Source: Candidatus Sumerlaeaceae bacterium (lineage in GTDB: Bacteria; Sumerlaeota; Sumerlaeia; Sumerlaeales; Sumerlaeaceae). Taken from it: a stretch of DNA of 64,000 bases. Shown in pieces: positions 52,577 through 62,657 of the stretch (position 1 is its first letter; each line of letters begins with the position of its first letter). Made by a program: the position numbers and the translations under genes. The notes beneath the pieces are model-generated. The model was given only the letters and a program-made list of their open reading frames with translations, had not been told where the DNA came from and searched no databases. Where the stretch lies: positions 352,001-416,000 of the forward strand of contig JBMFRB010000002.1 in the NCBI GenBank assembly GCA_049968255.1, in the 5' to 3' direction.

Positions 52577-53067
52577 TCATGATTCCCGACACGTTACGAA
52601 AAGAACTTAGCGACCACTGCGCGCACTATCCCTCGCGCCAGGTGGGACTCATTTACGTTCTCCAGAAATTGCAAGAACATTACGGGGGCTGGTTACCCGA
52701 CGAAGCAATCACAGAAGCCGCCGAGATCGTCGGTGTTACCGAGGTTGAAGTCGAGGGGGTGGCGACCTTTTACAACTGGTTTTTCCGTGAGCCAGTCGGA
52801 AAAACGATTATCGCATGCTGCGACTCTATCTCATGCTATCTCTGCGGGAGTGAACAAATTGTCACGCATCTGGAAAAGCGGCTGGGAATCAAAATGGGCC
52901 AAACGACACCCGACGGCCGCTTCACACTCCTGCCTGTCGTATGTCTGGGAAACTGTGATCGTGCGCCGAGCATCATGGTGGGAAACCAACTTTACGAACG
53001 CGTGACGCCCGAGATGATAGACGAAATTTTAGCCAAACCTGATACGGCGACGGAGGAGAAGCAATGA
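52573..53067 (+). CDS. nuoE: NADH-quinone oxidoreductase subunit E
   Basis: GVATFY, CDSISC, CLGNC. Confidence 0.95.
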   Translation: MIMIPDTLRKELSDHCAHYPSRQVGLIYVLQKLQEHYGGWLPDEAITEAAEIVGVTEVEVEGVATFYNWFFREPVGKTIIACCDSISCYLCGSEQIVTHLEKRLGIKMGQTTPDGRFTLLPVVCLGNCDRAPSIMVGNQLYERVTPEMIDEILAKPDTATEEKQ

Positions 53068-54332
53068 GCGAACATGTTCTCCTCAAGAACATCGACCCTC
53101 GCAACCCCCAACCCGTCACTTATGAGCAGTACATGCGGAATGGCGGATACGAAGGCGCACGTGTTGCTCTCTCCAAAACTCCACTCGAGGTCCAGCAGAT
53201 CGTGAAGGAGAGCGGGCTGCGCGGTCGCGGCGGTGCGGGTTTCCCAACGGGACTCAAGTGGTCTTTTGTGCCCATGGATTTCCCCGGCCAAAAATACTTG
53301 ATTTGCAACTGCGACGAGATGGAACCGGGGACTTTTAAGGATCGCGCGCTCGTGTATGGAGATCCTCATCAGCTCATCGAGGGCATGCTCATCGCCGCCT
53401 ACGCGATGCAGATGACAAAAGGATTCATTTTTATCCGCTATGAATATCGCAAAGGCGCGGAAATTCTGGACCGGGCAATTGCTGAAGCGGAAAAGCACGG
53501 GTGGCTCGGGAAAAACATTCAGGGCACGGGCTTTGATTTTCATTTGGAAACACACGTGAGCGCGGGGCGCTACATTTGCGGCGAAGAGACGGCACTGCTC
53601 AACAGCCTTGAAGGAAAACGGGCAAACCCCCGAAGTAAACCGCCATTTCCACAGATTCGCGGCTTCCTTGGTCAGCCAACGATTGTCAATAATGTCGAAA
53701 CTTTTTGCAACATCCCGCACATTCTTGCGCGAGGCCCAGAGTGGTATAAAAAGCTTGGACTCAATGGCAACGCGGGAACAAAGTTGATGGGAGCCAGCGG
53801 CCGGGTGAAAAACCCCGGTTTATGGGAACTTCCCATGGGCACTCCCCTCAATGTGCTTTTGAACGAATATGCTGGGGGCCCCTCGAGAAACCTTCCATTC
53901 AAAGCAGTAATCCCCGGGGCATTATCTACGCCAATGTTCACGCCTGATCAATTTGATACGCCGATGGATTTTGATTCCGTGGCAAAAGCCGGTTCACGTC
54001 TCGGCACAGCCTGCGTCATCGTCTTTGACGAAGGCGACTGCATGGTTGCAGCAACAGCCAACATCATGAAATTTTATGCACGTGAGTCTTGTGGTTTCTG
54101 CACTCCCTGTCGCGAGGGGATGCCGTGGATCTACGACCTCGTTTGCGCGATCCGCGACGGTCAGGGCCAGCCGAATGACCTGAACGTGTTGGACGATCTG
54201 TCCCGGCACCTTGCGCATACCTTTTGCGCTTTTGCGCCGGGCGCTCAAGGACCTTTCCTTAGCGCAATCACGAAATTTCGGCATGAATTCGACGAACACA
54301 TCGCCAAGAGAACTTGCAGCGTTGCGAAGTGA
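53064..54332 (+). CDS. nuoF: NADH-quinone oxidoreductase subunit F
   Basis: GRGGAGFPTG, DEMEPGTFKD, YICGEETAL, ESCGFCTPCREG. Confidence 0.97.
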   Translation: MSEHVLLKNIDPRNPQPVTYEQYMRNGGYEGARVALSKTPLEVQQIVKESGLRGRGGAGFPTGLKWSFVPMDFPGQKYLICNCDEMEPGTFKDRALVYGDPHQLIEGMLIAAYAMQMTKGFIFIRYEYRKGAEILDRAIAEAEKHGWLGKNIQGTGFDFHLETHVSAGRYICGEETALLNSLEGKRANPRSKPPFPQIRGFLGQPTIVNNVETFCNIPHILARGPEWYKKLGLNGNAGTKLMGASGRVKNPGLWELPMGTPLNVLLNEYAGGPSRNLPFKAVIPGALSTPMFTPDQFDTPMDFDSVAKAGSRLGTACVIVFDEGDCMVAATANIMKFYARESCGFCTPCREGMPWIYDLVCAIRDGQGQPNDLNVLDDLSRHLAHTFCAFAPGAQGPFLSAITKFRHEFDEHIAKRTCSVAK

Positions 54333-54337
54333 GGCAA

Positions 54338-56680
54338 ATGAGCGAGCTAGTCACAATCACAATTGATGGCGAACAGTACCAAGTGCCAGCCGGTGCAAAT
54401 TTGCTTCAAGTGTGCCTGGACCTTGGGCTAATGGTGCCGCATTTTTGTTATCATGAAGCGTTGGGCCCTGCAGGCGCGTGCCGCTTGTGTGCAGCCATGG
54501 TGGCGCCCTCTCCAGATAAGCCAGCTCAACTGGCGATGACGTGCATGACTCGTGTCGCCAACGGGATGGCGGTCAAAATCCAAGATCCCTATGCTAAAGA
54601 CTTCCGTCGTGGCGTCATCGAATATCTCATGCTCAATCATCCGCACGATTGCCCTGTTTGCGACGAAGGCGGCGAGTGTATGCTGCAGGACATGACCGTC
54701 CTCTCAGAACATATTCATCGCCGCTCGCGCTTTCCCAAGCGCACCTGGCGCAATCAGTACCTGGGGCCTCTTATCCATCATGAAATGAATCGGTGCATCA
54801 CGTGCTACCGCTGTGTGCGTTTCTACAGAGACTATGCGTTGGGTAAAGACCTTGGTGTGTTTGGCTCACGGGATCGCGTTTATTTTGGCCGCGTGAAGGA
54901 CGGGGTGCTGGAAAGTGAATTCGCAGGAAACCTAGTCGACGTGTGTCCAACGGGCGTTTTCACCGACAAGCGTTTCCGTGAAGTATATGCGCGCCCGTGG
55001 GACTTGCGGACAGCCCGAGCTGTCTGTGTGCACTGCAGTGTGGGGTGTAATCTTCTCGTCGGTGGACGTCACCGCACGTTACGGCGTATTAAGCCCGCCC
55101 CGCACAAAGAGCTGAATCGTTTCTTTATTTGTGACCGGGGCCGCTTCGGCGGCGAGTACGTCAATTCGTATCCCCGCCAGGCCACGCCGATGATTTCGGG
55201 CAACAAGTCGAGTTTTACAAAGGCGATAGAACATGCAGCCGACCAATTGCGGCAAATCGTGGAGAAATATGGTCCAAAAGCCGTCGTTGCCTTCGGTTCT
55301 CAACGGACATCTCTCGAGACGAATGCCGCATTGAACCTCTTGCTGCGAGCGGCTGGAGCAGCGCCTCAAATCGTTTATCATGATAGTGATGAGGAACATG
55401 CCACCGTAAGGTTTGCTTCGGCAATGGTGACCAGCCGAGAGCTGCCTGTGCCCACTCTTGTTGATATCGAGAAATGCGATGTCATTTTGAGCGTCGGCGG
55501 CGACCTCACAGGTGAGGCGCCGATGATTGATCTGTCTGTTCGGCAGGCAATACGTGCTGGCTGCACATTTTTTGTGATTTCTCCGCGGGCCGGAAAACTT
55601 GATGAGTTCGCCAAGAGGACGTTGCGTGTAAGGCCGGATGCGATCGCCACTACGGTGGAAGAAGTTGGCCGCGCGCTCGCACAAACTTCAGAGCCAATGC
55701 GCCCGGAGCTAGCTGAGATTGTCGAGGCGCTTCGCAACGCAAGAAACCCTCTCATCCTTTGCTCGACCCTGCGCGGCGATCTGCGGACAGCAGAAGCTGT
55801 TTACCAAGCCGCCAAAGTCGCGCACAAGGAAGGCCGTCCCTGCTATCTCGCTTATTATTTCCCGTCATCAAATTCTGTTGGCGTGGGTCTGGCAAGGGAC
55901 TCTATGCCCCCGAGCGAGGCTGTTGAACTCATTCGAGCCGGTAAGGCCAAAGCTGTGGTAGTGGTCGAGCGAGACCTTGCAGCAGCTGTAGGGGGGAGAG
56001 CAATCGCCAGCGAACTTCTTAGTCGGTGCGAGTTTTCGTTGATCGTGAGTTCCGTAGAACCCGTTCCTCCTGAAACGGTTACAGTGTGGCTTCCGTCGCT
56101 CCCCCACTACCTTACTCATGGTAAATTTGTGAATTACGAAGGGCGAGCGCAATACTCCGACGGACTCAGTTTGGCCACGCCCCTAACTCAGGGGCCAGCG
56201 GATCTCCTTGCTGCCATCATCACGCAATTGGGGCAGAGCACACTACTAGAGTCTGCCCAGTATTCGGAGATTTATGCAATCGCTTCGGAGCAGGAGACGT
56301 TAGTCGAGCAACTGTCCCCGACGAGCGAAGGCGTGTTGCTAAGAACCGAACTCGGTGTAGGCACGCATGCAGAGCGAAGCCACGCTGCTCCGCTTAGGGG
56401 AGAGTGGGTCCGGTGGCAGATTATTCAGACGTTTGGTTCTGAAGAGTTGAGCGCGTTGTCGCCGCCGATTGCGGAACTGTCCGCTCGACTCCGCATGGAA
56501 ATGCACCCCGACGATATCGAAAAGCAAGGTTTGAGAGAAGGCGAAATGGTCCCGGTTCCGGATGTTCCGTCAATGAAACTAAAGCTTGTCGCTAATGCTC
56601 AGTTAGCACACGGGACTTTTGCGATTCCGCGATTACCCGAGCATTTAGCAACGGACGCTTTAGCGGAGGGCAAAGCGTGA
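54338..56680 (+). CDS. nuoG: NADH-quinone oxidoreductase subunit G
   Basis: HFCYH, GACRLC, HPHDCPVCDEGGEC, CITCYRC, N7-type CVHCSVGC...ICDRG. Confidence 0.95.
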   Translation: MSELVTITIDGEQYQVPAGANLLQVCLDLGLMVPHFCYHEALGPAGACRLCAAMVAPSPDKPAQLAMTCMTRVANGMAVKIQDPYAKDFRRGVIEYLMLNHPHDCPVCDEGGECMLQDMTVLSEHIHRRSRFPKRTWRNQYLGPLIHHEMNRCITCYRCVRFYRDYALGKDLGVFGSRDRVYFGRVKDGVLESEFAGNLVDVCPTGVFTDKRFREVYARPWDLRTARAVCVHCSVGCNLLVGGRHRTLRRIKPAPHKELNRFFICDRGRFGGEYVNSYPRQATPMISGNKSSFTKAIEHAADQLRQIVEKYGPKAVVAFGSQRTSLETNAALNLLLRAAGAAPQIVYHDSDEEHATVRFASAMVTSRELPVPTLVDIEKCDVILSVGGDLTGEAPMIDLSVRQAIRAGCTFFVISPRAGKLDEFAKRTLRVRPDAIATTVEEVGRALAQTSEPMRPELAEIVEALRNARNPLILCSTLRGDLRTAEAVYQAAKVAHKEGRPCYLAYYFPSSNSVGVGLARDSMPPSEAVELIRAGKAKAVVVVERDLAAAVGGRAIASELLSRCEFSLIVSSVEPVPPETVTVWLPSLPHYLTHGKFVNYEGRAQYSDGLSLATPLTQGPADLLAAIITQLGQSTLLESAQYSEIYAIASEQETLVEQLSPTSEGVLLRTELGVGTHAERSHAAPLRGEWVRWQIIQTFGSEELSALSPPIAELSARLRMEMHPDDIEKQGLREGEMVPVPDVPSMKLKLVANAQLAHGTFAIPRLPEHLATDALAEGKA

Positions 56681-57711
56681 TCCAGCAAGCTCTTGTTCTT
56701 GATTATCTGGGAAAACTGCCAGCTTGGCAATTCGCGATACTCGCAACCCTGCTCAAAGGGGCTATCGTTCTTTTTGTGCTTTTGACACTTGCTGGCTACG
56801 CAGTTTACGTCGAGCGCAAGGTCATTGCGCGTTTGCAGAATCGGGTGGGACCGAATCGCGCTGGACCCTGGGGGCTGCTCCAGCCACTAGCAGACGTTCT
56901 CAAGCTTCTTACGAAGGAAGAGTCCTATCCACCGTTCGTGAACAAAGTTCTTTTCCTTCTTGCACCTGCCATCATAGCGTTTACGGGATTGCTAGGGTTT
57001 GCTATTGTCCCGCTTGGCGACAACCCTTGGCTCGTAATCTCTGATCTGAATTTGGGGATTCTTTTCTTCCTCGCGCTGAGCTCGCTCGGCGTATACAGCA
57101 TCGTTCTGGCAGGCTGGTCATCGAACAGCAAGTATGCTGTGTTGGGGGGACTTCGGGCTACGGCTCAGATGATCAGTTACGAGCTTTCCATGGCACTTTC
57201 GCTTCTGGCCGTGGTTCTTATGGCAGGCAGTTTTCAGCTCACGCAAATCGCACGGGCGCAGTCGCCGATTTGGTTTATCTTCCTGCAGCCGCTTGGCTTT
57301 GTCGTATTTCTGACCGCTATGGTTGCTGAGTCGCGCCGAACGCCTTTCGACATTCCTGAAGCCGAAAACGAAATTGTTGCAGGTTTTCACACGGAATACA
57401 GCAGCATGAAATTCGCGCTCTTTTTCCTGGGCGAATACATGGGCATTGTGCTGCTGAGCTTCATTATCAGTGTTGCTTATCTCGGTGCATGGTCAGGGCC
57501 GTTTGCGCCAGGTCCCTGGTGGCTTTTTCTGAAGGTAGCCTTTTTCGTGTTCTTCTTTATCTGGATTCGGACGACTTATCCACGCCTGCGCTACGACCAT
57601 CTCATGGTTCTTGGCTGGAGGTATTTATTGCCCCTGTCGTTACTCAATCTTCTCCTGACGGCGCTGCTGGGCTTGTTCTTCCCCTCGCTGGTGCCACACG
57701 CCTTGCGCTGA
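56677..57711 (+). CDS. nuoH: NADH-quinone oxidoreductase subunit H
   Basis: ERKV...QNRVGPN, QPLADVLKL, AQMISYE, PFDIPEAE. Confidence 0.97.
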   Translation: MIQQALVLDYLGKLPAWQFAILATLLKGAIVLFVLLTLAGYAVYVERKVIARLQNRVGPNRAGPWGLLQPLADVLKLLTKEESYPPFVNKVLFLLAPAIIAFTGLLGFAIVPLGDNPWLVISDLNLGILFFLALSSLGVYSIVLAGWSSNSKYAVLGGLRATAQMISYELSMALSLLAVVLMAGSFQLTQIARAQSPIWFIFLQPLGFVVFLTAMVAESRRTPFDIPEAENEIVAGFHTEYSSMKFALFFLGEYMGIVLLSFIISVAYLGAWSGPFAPGPWWLFLKVAFFVFFFIWIRTTYPRLRYDHLMVLGWRYLLPLSLLNLLLTALLGLFFPSLVPHALR

Positions 57712-57724
57712 AAAGGAATGGAGC

Positions 57725-58243
57725 ATGATACGCGATTTGTTAACAGGATTACAAATTACGGCGAAGTATATCTTCCGGCGTCCGATCACGATCGAGTATC
57801 CGGAAGAAAAGCCTATCATTCCACCACGTTGGCGTGGACGGATCGTCTTGACGAGCGATCCCGATGGCGAGGAGCGGTGCGTTGCCTGTTATCTTTGCCA
57901 AGCGGTGTGCCCAGTGCAGTGTATTGATTTGCAGGCGACACATCGACCAGACGGTCGGCGCGTAGCAGCGAAATTCGACATCAATTTCGCGCGTTGCATC
58001 TTTTGCGGCTTCTGCGAGGAAGCTTGCCCAACCTACGCCATTCAGCTGACGCCAGATTTCGAAATGTCGGCCACAGAACGCAGCAGTTTGCTCTATCACA
58101 AAGAAGATCTGCAAATTTCAGGGACTGGCAAACATCCTGAGTATAGCTTTTGGAAGGTTTCAGGGGTTGCAATTTCCGGAAAAGACAAAGGTGAAGGCTT
58201 CAATGAGGAGCCCCCGACGAATTTCAGGAGCAACATGCCATGA
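57725..58243 (+). CDS. nuoI: NADH-quinone oxidoreductase subunit I
   Basis: CVACYLCQAVCP, CIFCGFCEEACP. Confidence 0.97.
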   Translation: MIRDLLTGLQITAKYIFRRPITIEYPEEKPIIPPRWRGRIVLTSDPDGEERCVACYLCQAVCPVQCIDLQATHRPDGRRVAAKFDINFARCIFCGFCEEACPTYAIQLTPDFEMSATERSSLLYHKEDLQISGTGKHPEYSFWKVSGVAISGKDKGEGFNEEPPTNFRSNMP

Positions 58244-58779
58244 GTTTGCTCGGTGTAATTTTTTACTTAGCTGCGACAGTTGCCCTCGTGGGCACGGGCG
58301 CTGTTCTTTTAGCGCGCAACGCCGTCAACGCTGTGCTTTACTTGCTGGTCTCGTTGTTCGGCGTAGCGCTCATGATGTATTCCCTCGGCGGGTCGTTTGT
58401 TGCGATTCTCGAAGTTATCGTCTATGCAGGAGCGATCGTGGTTTTGTTCCTCTTTGTGATCATGATGCTCAACATTTCCAAAATCGAGCAGTATAGAGAC
58501 CTTCAACCCCCTAACCGAGCTCAACTTTTGCTTCCCGTCGTCCTTGCGTTAGCATTAGTGGCAGATTTAGGCATCGCTGTTTATGCTGCCGCGGCTGGCA
58601 CGGCGGCTGGCAAGTCCGTCACTGTCGCGCAAATTGGCGAGGTTCTTTACCGTCAACACTATCTCGGTGTGGAGCTCGCTTCGCTGGTTTTGCTCATTGG
58701 ATTGATCGGTGCACTTCATCTCGGATCTGCAGCCTGGCTTGCACATCAGAAGGAGGCTAAGCACGATGGTACCAGCTGA
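58240..58779 (+). CDS. nuoJ: NADH-quinone oxidoreductase subunit J
   Basis: VYAGAIVVLFLFVIMML. Confidence 0.95.
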   Translation: MSLLGVIFYLAATVALVGTGAVLLARNAVNAVLYLLVSLFGVALMMYSLGGSFVAILEVIVYAGAIVVLFLFVIMMLNISKIEQYRDLQPPNRAQLLLPVVLALALVADLGIAVYAAAAGTAAGKSVTVAQIGEVLYRQHYLGVELASLVLLIGLIGALHLGSAAWLAHQKEAKHDGTS

Positions 58780-59071
58780 ACACGCGCTCATTGTCGCAGG
58801 GATTCTGTTCTGCATGGGAGTGATTGGCGTACTTGTGCGGCGCAATTTTCTCTTTGTTCTCATGGCTATCGAGATTATGCTCAACGCCGCTGGGCTGGCC
58901 TTCGTGGCAAGCTCAAGTATCTACGGTCAGCCAGACGGCCAGATTTTTTTCCTGTTCATTCTGCCGGTTGCTGCAGCAGAAGTCGCCATTGGCTTAGCCC
59001 TTGGGGTCTTGCTGCAAACTCGCTATGGAACGCTTGACCTTTGGCAAATCGCTCAAATGCGGGAGGACTGA
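58766..59071 (+). CDS. nuoK: NADH-quinone oxidoreductase subunit K
   Basis: RRN, IEIMLNA, AAAEVAIGLA. Confidence 0.95.
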   Translation: MVPAEHALIVAGILFCMGVIGVLVRRNFLFVLMAIEIMLNAAGLAFVASSSIYGQPDGQIFFLFILPVAAAEVAIGLALGVLLQTRYGTLDLWQIAQMRED

Positions 59072-59080
59072 GCAGCTAGA

Positions 59081-61069
59081 ATGATTCATGCGGATGGCAC
59101 ACCCATGATTTGGCCAATACCAGCTTTTGCTCTGATTGGCGCGCTTGCAATTTTCCTCTTCTCGCGGTGGTGGTCCGCGCGCACGGCCGGCAAGATTGCG
59201 TGTACCGCTGCAGGGGCGAGCTTTGTTTGGACGTTAGTCGTAGCTGTCCAAATGCTGACGGGTGGGGCAAAGTACGTCGCACTGCACGAGCCGCTATGGA
59301 CGTGGTTGAGTGGCGCGGGGCCTGTCGCGGCGCGAATTGGATTTTACCTCGACCGGCTCTCGCTCGTTTTTGCGCTAATCGTCACCGGCGTGGGGTGGCT
59401 CATCCATCTGTACTCGTACGCGTACATGGAGGGCGACGAGGGTGAGCGGCGTTTCTTTGGCTATCTGAACCTCTTCGTCTTCTCCATGCTCACGCTTGTC
59501 ATGGCCGACAATGCATTCTTCATGTTTCTTGGATGGGAAGGCGTCGGCGCGTGCAGCTTTTTGCTGATCGGACATTGGTACCAAAAGTCAGAAAACTGTG
59601 CGGCGGCGCAGAAAGCGTTTTTGGTCACGCGGTTGGGGGATGTTTTTCTTATCTTGGGCGTGTTGATGTGTGCTAGCCTGGTCGGAGTAGATTTTACACA
59701 TCTTGGGGGCTTCGAAAAAGTCCGTGAACTGGCTCACATTGAACCCTTTGCAAACCTTGGGGGAAAGACAGTTCTGCTAATCGCAGGATTACTTCTTCTT
59801 GGCGGAGCTGCTGGCAAAAGTGCCCAGCTCCCATTGCAGGTGTGGTTGCCTGACGCGATGGCTGGCCCAACGCCAGTGAGTGCGCTGATCCATGCTGCGA
59901 CGATGGTAACAGCTGGCGTCTATCTCATCGCACGGTTCCACGAGCTTTTTGTTCAGGTGCCAGAGCTTATGGTAGGTGTGGCGTTGGTGGGCGTGCTCAC
60001 CGCTTTTTATGGCGCGACATGTGCCATTGTACAAACCGACATCAAGCGAGTGCTGGCCTACTCCACAATCAGCCAAATCGGCTACATGATTCTTGGCCTC
60101 GGCGCCGGAGCATTCTCCCTGGGGGTGTTTCACTTCTTTACACATGCTTTTTATAAGGCGCTTCTGTTCCTGGCTGCCGGCACAGTCATTCACAGTCTCC
60201 ACGGTGAACAAAACATCTATAACATGGGCGGATTGAAAGGACTTCTTCCCCGCACCTACCTCGCATTTCTGGCAGGTGCTGCTTCGTTGGCCGGAATCCC
60301 ACTTGTCACTGCAGGCTTTTTTAGCAAGGACGCAATCCTCTGGAGTGCTCTGACCACGCAGTATGGTTCTGTTCCAATCTATGCATTGGGTCTTCTGACA
60401 GCCCTGCTTACGGCTATCTATTCGTTTCGCTTGGTGTTTATCGTCTTCTTTGGCTCGCAGCGCAAAGAGATCCATGTTCACGCCCCTTCGCCGCTGCTAG
60501 AATGGCCGCTGATAGTTTTGGCGGTGTTTGCCCTTGGGGCCGGCTACTTGAATCTTCCGCAAGCCTTTGGGGGCAGCGCGTGGTGGGAACATTTTCTGGA
60601 ACCAGTATTTAGGGAAGCGGAAGCTCGGCCGCTTGTTCATGAAAGATCGAAAGAGCTCTTCGCGGCCGCTGCGGGTGGACTACTTGCTCTGGCTGGCATG
60701 GGAATCGCTTGGAGGCTCTACGGTCCAAGCGCCCGAAACGTCTTGCCAGCACCAACAATGCCGGTTGGCGAAATTCAAAATGATAGTCCTTCTCCTTATC
60801 AATCGGGATTGGCCAATTTCCTTTTTGCTGGATGGTATTTTGACCGCCTCTACATGAGGGTTTTCGTACGAGGCTTCAGACTGTTCGCCACGTTGGCCAA
60901 CCTTGTGGACAACGTTATCGTTGATGGATTTTACGAGCTCGTTGCCCTTATTGTCCGAGCATTTCATGCTCTCCTCGCATTTTTCCAAAATGGCCGCGCG
61001 AGTCGTTATGCGCTGGTCATGCTCTTTGGCGCGGTTGCCATCACCACTTTCGCTCTGATGTGGAGGTAA
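59081..61069 (+). CDS. nuoL: NADH-quinone oxidoreductase subunit L
   Basis: GWEGVG, GKSAQLPL, WLPDAMAGPTPVSALIHAATMVTAG, HAFYKA. Confidence 0.97.
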   Translation: MIHADGTPMIWPIPAFALIGALAIFLFSRWWSARTAGKIACTAAGASFVWTLVVAVQMLTGGAKYVALHEPLWTWLSGAGPVAARIGFYLDRLSLVFALIVTGVGWLIHLYSYAYMEGDEGERRFFGYLNLFVFSMLTLVMADNAFFMFLGWEGVGACSFLLIGHWYQKSENCAAAQKAFLVTRLGDVFLILGVLMCASLVGVDFTHLGGFEKVRELAHIEPFANLGGKTVLLIAGLLLLGGAAGKSAQLPLQVWLPDAMAGPTPVSALIHAATMVTAGVYLIARFHELFVQVPELMVGVALVGVLTAFYGATCAIVQTDIKRVLAYSTISQIGYMILGLGAGAFSLGVFHFFTHAFYKALLFLAAGTVIHSLHGEQNIYNMGGLKGLLPRTYLAFLAGAASLAGIPLVTAGFFSKDAILWSALTTQYGSVPIYALGLLTALLTAIYSFRLVFIVFFGSQRKEIHVHAPSPLLEWPLIVLAVFALGAGYLNLPQAFGGSAWWEHFLEPVFREAEARPLVHERSKELFAAAAGGLLALAGMGIAWRLYGPSARNVLPAPTMPVGEIQNDSPSPYQSGLANFLFAGWYFDRLYMRVFVRGFRLFATLANLVDNVIVDGFYELVALIVRAFHALLAFFQNGRASRYALVMLFGAVAITTFALMWR

Positions 61070-61079
61070 CGCTGTTACG

Positions 61080-62657
61080 ATGATTCTTGTGCTGCTGATA
61101 ATCGTGCTGCTAGTGGGAGCAGTTCTGTGTGCGCTTGCCGCTCGAGTGGACCGCTCAGCGGTCCGCTGGACAGCTCTTATAGCGACAATGATTGACGTTG
61201 CGCTAAGCTTTGGGCTGGTTTGCGCAGTGCAGGCGGGCCCCGTAACATTGCGTCTTCCTTGGTTGCCAACGTGGGGAGCGTCCTTTCATCTCGAAGCCGA
61301 CGGCCTTGCAGCGCTTATGGTTGTGCTCACCACTGTTCTTGGTGTGGTGGCTGTTTTGATTTCCTGGGAAGAGATAGAAAAGCGCTCGGGAGCTTTCCAC
61401 GTGTGGCTTTTGCTACTTCAAGTGGGCATTCTCATCGTGTTCATGGCCAGGGATGCTCTCCTTTTTTACTTCGGTTGGGAGCTTATGCTTATCCCTCTCT
61501 TCTTTATCATTGGGATTTGGGGACACGAGGATAAGCAGCGAGCTGCGTTCAAATTCCTCCTGTTCACATTTGGGGGAAGCATCTTTATGCTTGCGGCCTT
61601 GCTCTATGTTTACGCGCGCCACATCAATTTAGGGCTTGGTGTCAGCTTCGCTATCGACGATCTCATGAAGACGCCACTGAGCGCTGCCGAACAATGGTGG
61701 GTTTTTCTGGGACTCATCGTCGGTTTTGCGGTAAAGATCCCGCTGTTCCCTGTGCATACCTGGCTTCCTGACGCTCACACGCAAGCCCCTACGGCGGGCA
61801 GCCTTATTCTTGCAGGTGTCCTGCTAAAAACTGGAGTTTACGGTCTAATCCGGCTAGCGATCCCTTTGGCACCCTTTGCCGCCGAAGCATTTGCACCACT
61901 CGTTATCGCATTGAGCTTGATCGGTATCTACTATGGCGCTGTTGTGGCCTTCGCACAGCGTGACTTCAAACGACTCGTTGCTTACTCTAGCATAAGCCAC
62001 CTGGGCTTTGTTGTACTTGGCCTATTTCTTGGAAACGCGGCTGGTTACCAAGGAGCAGTGCTTCAGATGGTGAATCACGGCTTGGCTACGGGGGGGCTTT
62101 TCCTCTTGGCGGGAATTATTCAGCATCGGGCTCACACGCGGAATTTGGATGTTTTCGGCGGCCTATGGAAATTTGCCCCCGCAATGGGAGCATTTCTCCT
62201 CTTCTTCGCATTTGCCTCTCTTGGGATTCCTGGCACTGGGAATTTTGTTGGCGAACTCTATGTGATTGCAGGGACGTTTCAGTTTCACCACTTGCTTGGG
62301 GCTCTCACAGCACTCGCGGTTCTTTTCGCTGCAGCTTACTCGCTAAAGCTTTTTCTCGCTACGATGCACGGTCCAACAGTTCGTCCGTGGCGTGCTTTTG
62401 AGGATCTTCACATTCACGAAGTCTTAGCGCTTGGAATCCTATGTGTCGGACTTATTGCGATCGGGCTCTATCCCAGAATCGTAACCGCTCCCCTTTACTT
62501 CCCGCCGGACAGCTTGGTTCCAAAGTCTGGACGGCAGCCAGAACGAGTTTTAAGGCTCGAAGCGAGCAGGAGCACCGGGGAAGACTGGCAGGCCTTTTTG
62601 GCCGCAAATCAAAATATGACCAAAGACGTTGCATTAGTTTCGGAGGCTCGTAAGTGA
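61080..62657 (+). CDS. nuoM: NADH-quinone oxidoreductase subunit M
   Basis: WELMLIP, KIPLFPVHTWLPDAH, AYSSISH, PGTGNFVGE. Confidence 0.97.
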   Translation: MILVLLIIVLLVGAVLCALAARVDRSAVRWTALIATMIDVALSFGLVCAVQAGPVTLRLPWLPTWGASFHLEADGLAALMVVLTTVLGVVAVLISWEEIEKRSGAFHVWLLLLQVGILIVFMARDALLFYFGWELMLIPLFFIIGIWGHEDKQRAAFKFLLFTFGGSIFMLAALLYVYARHINLGLGVSFAIDDLMKTPLSAAEQWWVFLGLIVGFAVKIPLFPVHTWLPDAHTQAPTAGSLILAGVLLKTGVYGLIRLAIPLAPFAAEAFAPLVIALSLIGIYYGAVVAFAQRDFKRLVAYSSISHLGFVVLGLFLGNAAGYQGAVLQMVNHGLATGGLFLLAGIIQHRAHTRNLDVFGGLWKFAPAMGAFLLFFAFASLGIPGTGNFVGELYVIAGTFQFHHLLGALTALAVLFAAAYSLKLFLATMHGPTVRPWRAFEDLHIHEVLALGILCVGLIAIGLYPRIVTAPLYFPPDSLVPKSGRQPERVLRLEASRSTGEDWQAFLAANQNMTKDVALVSEARK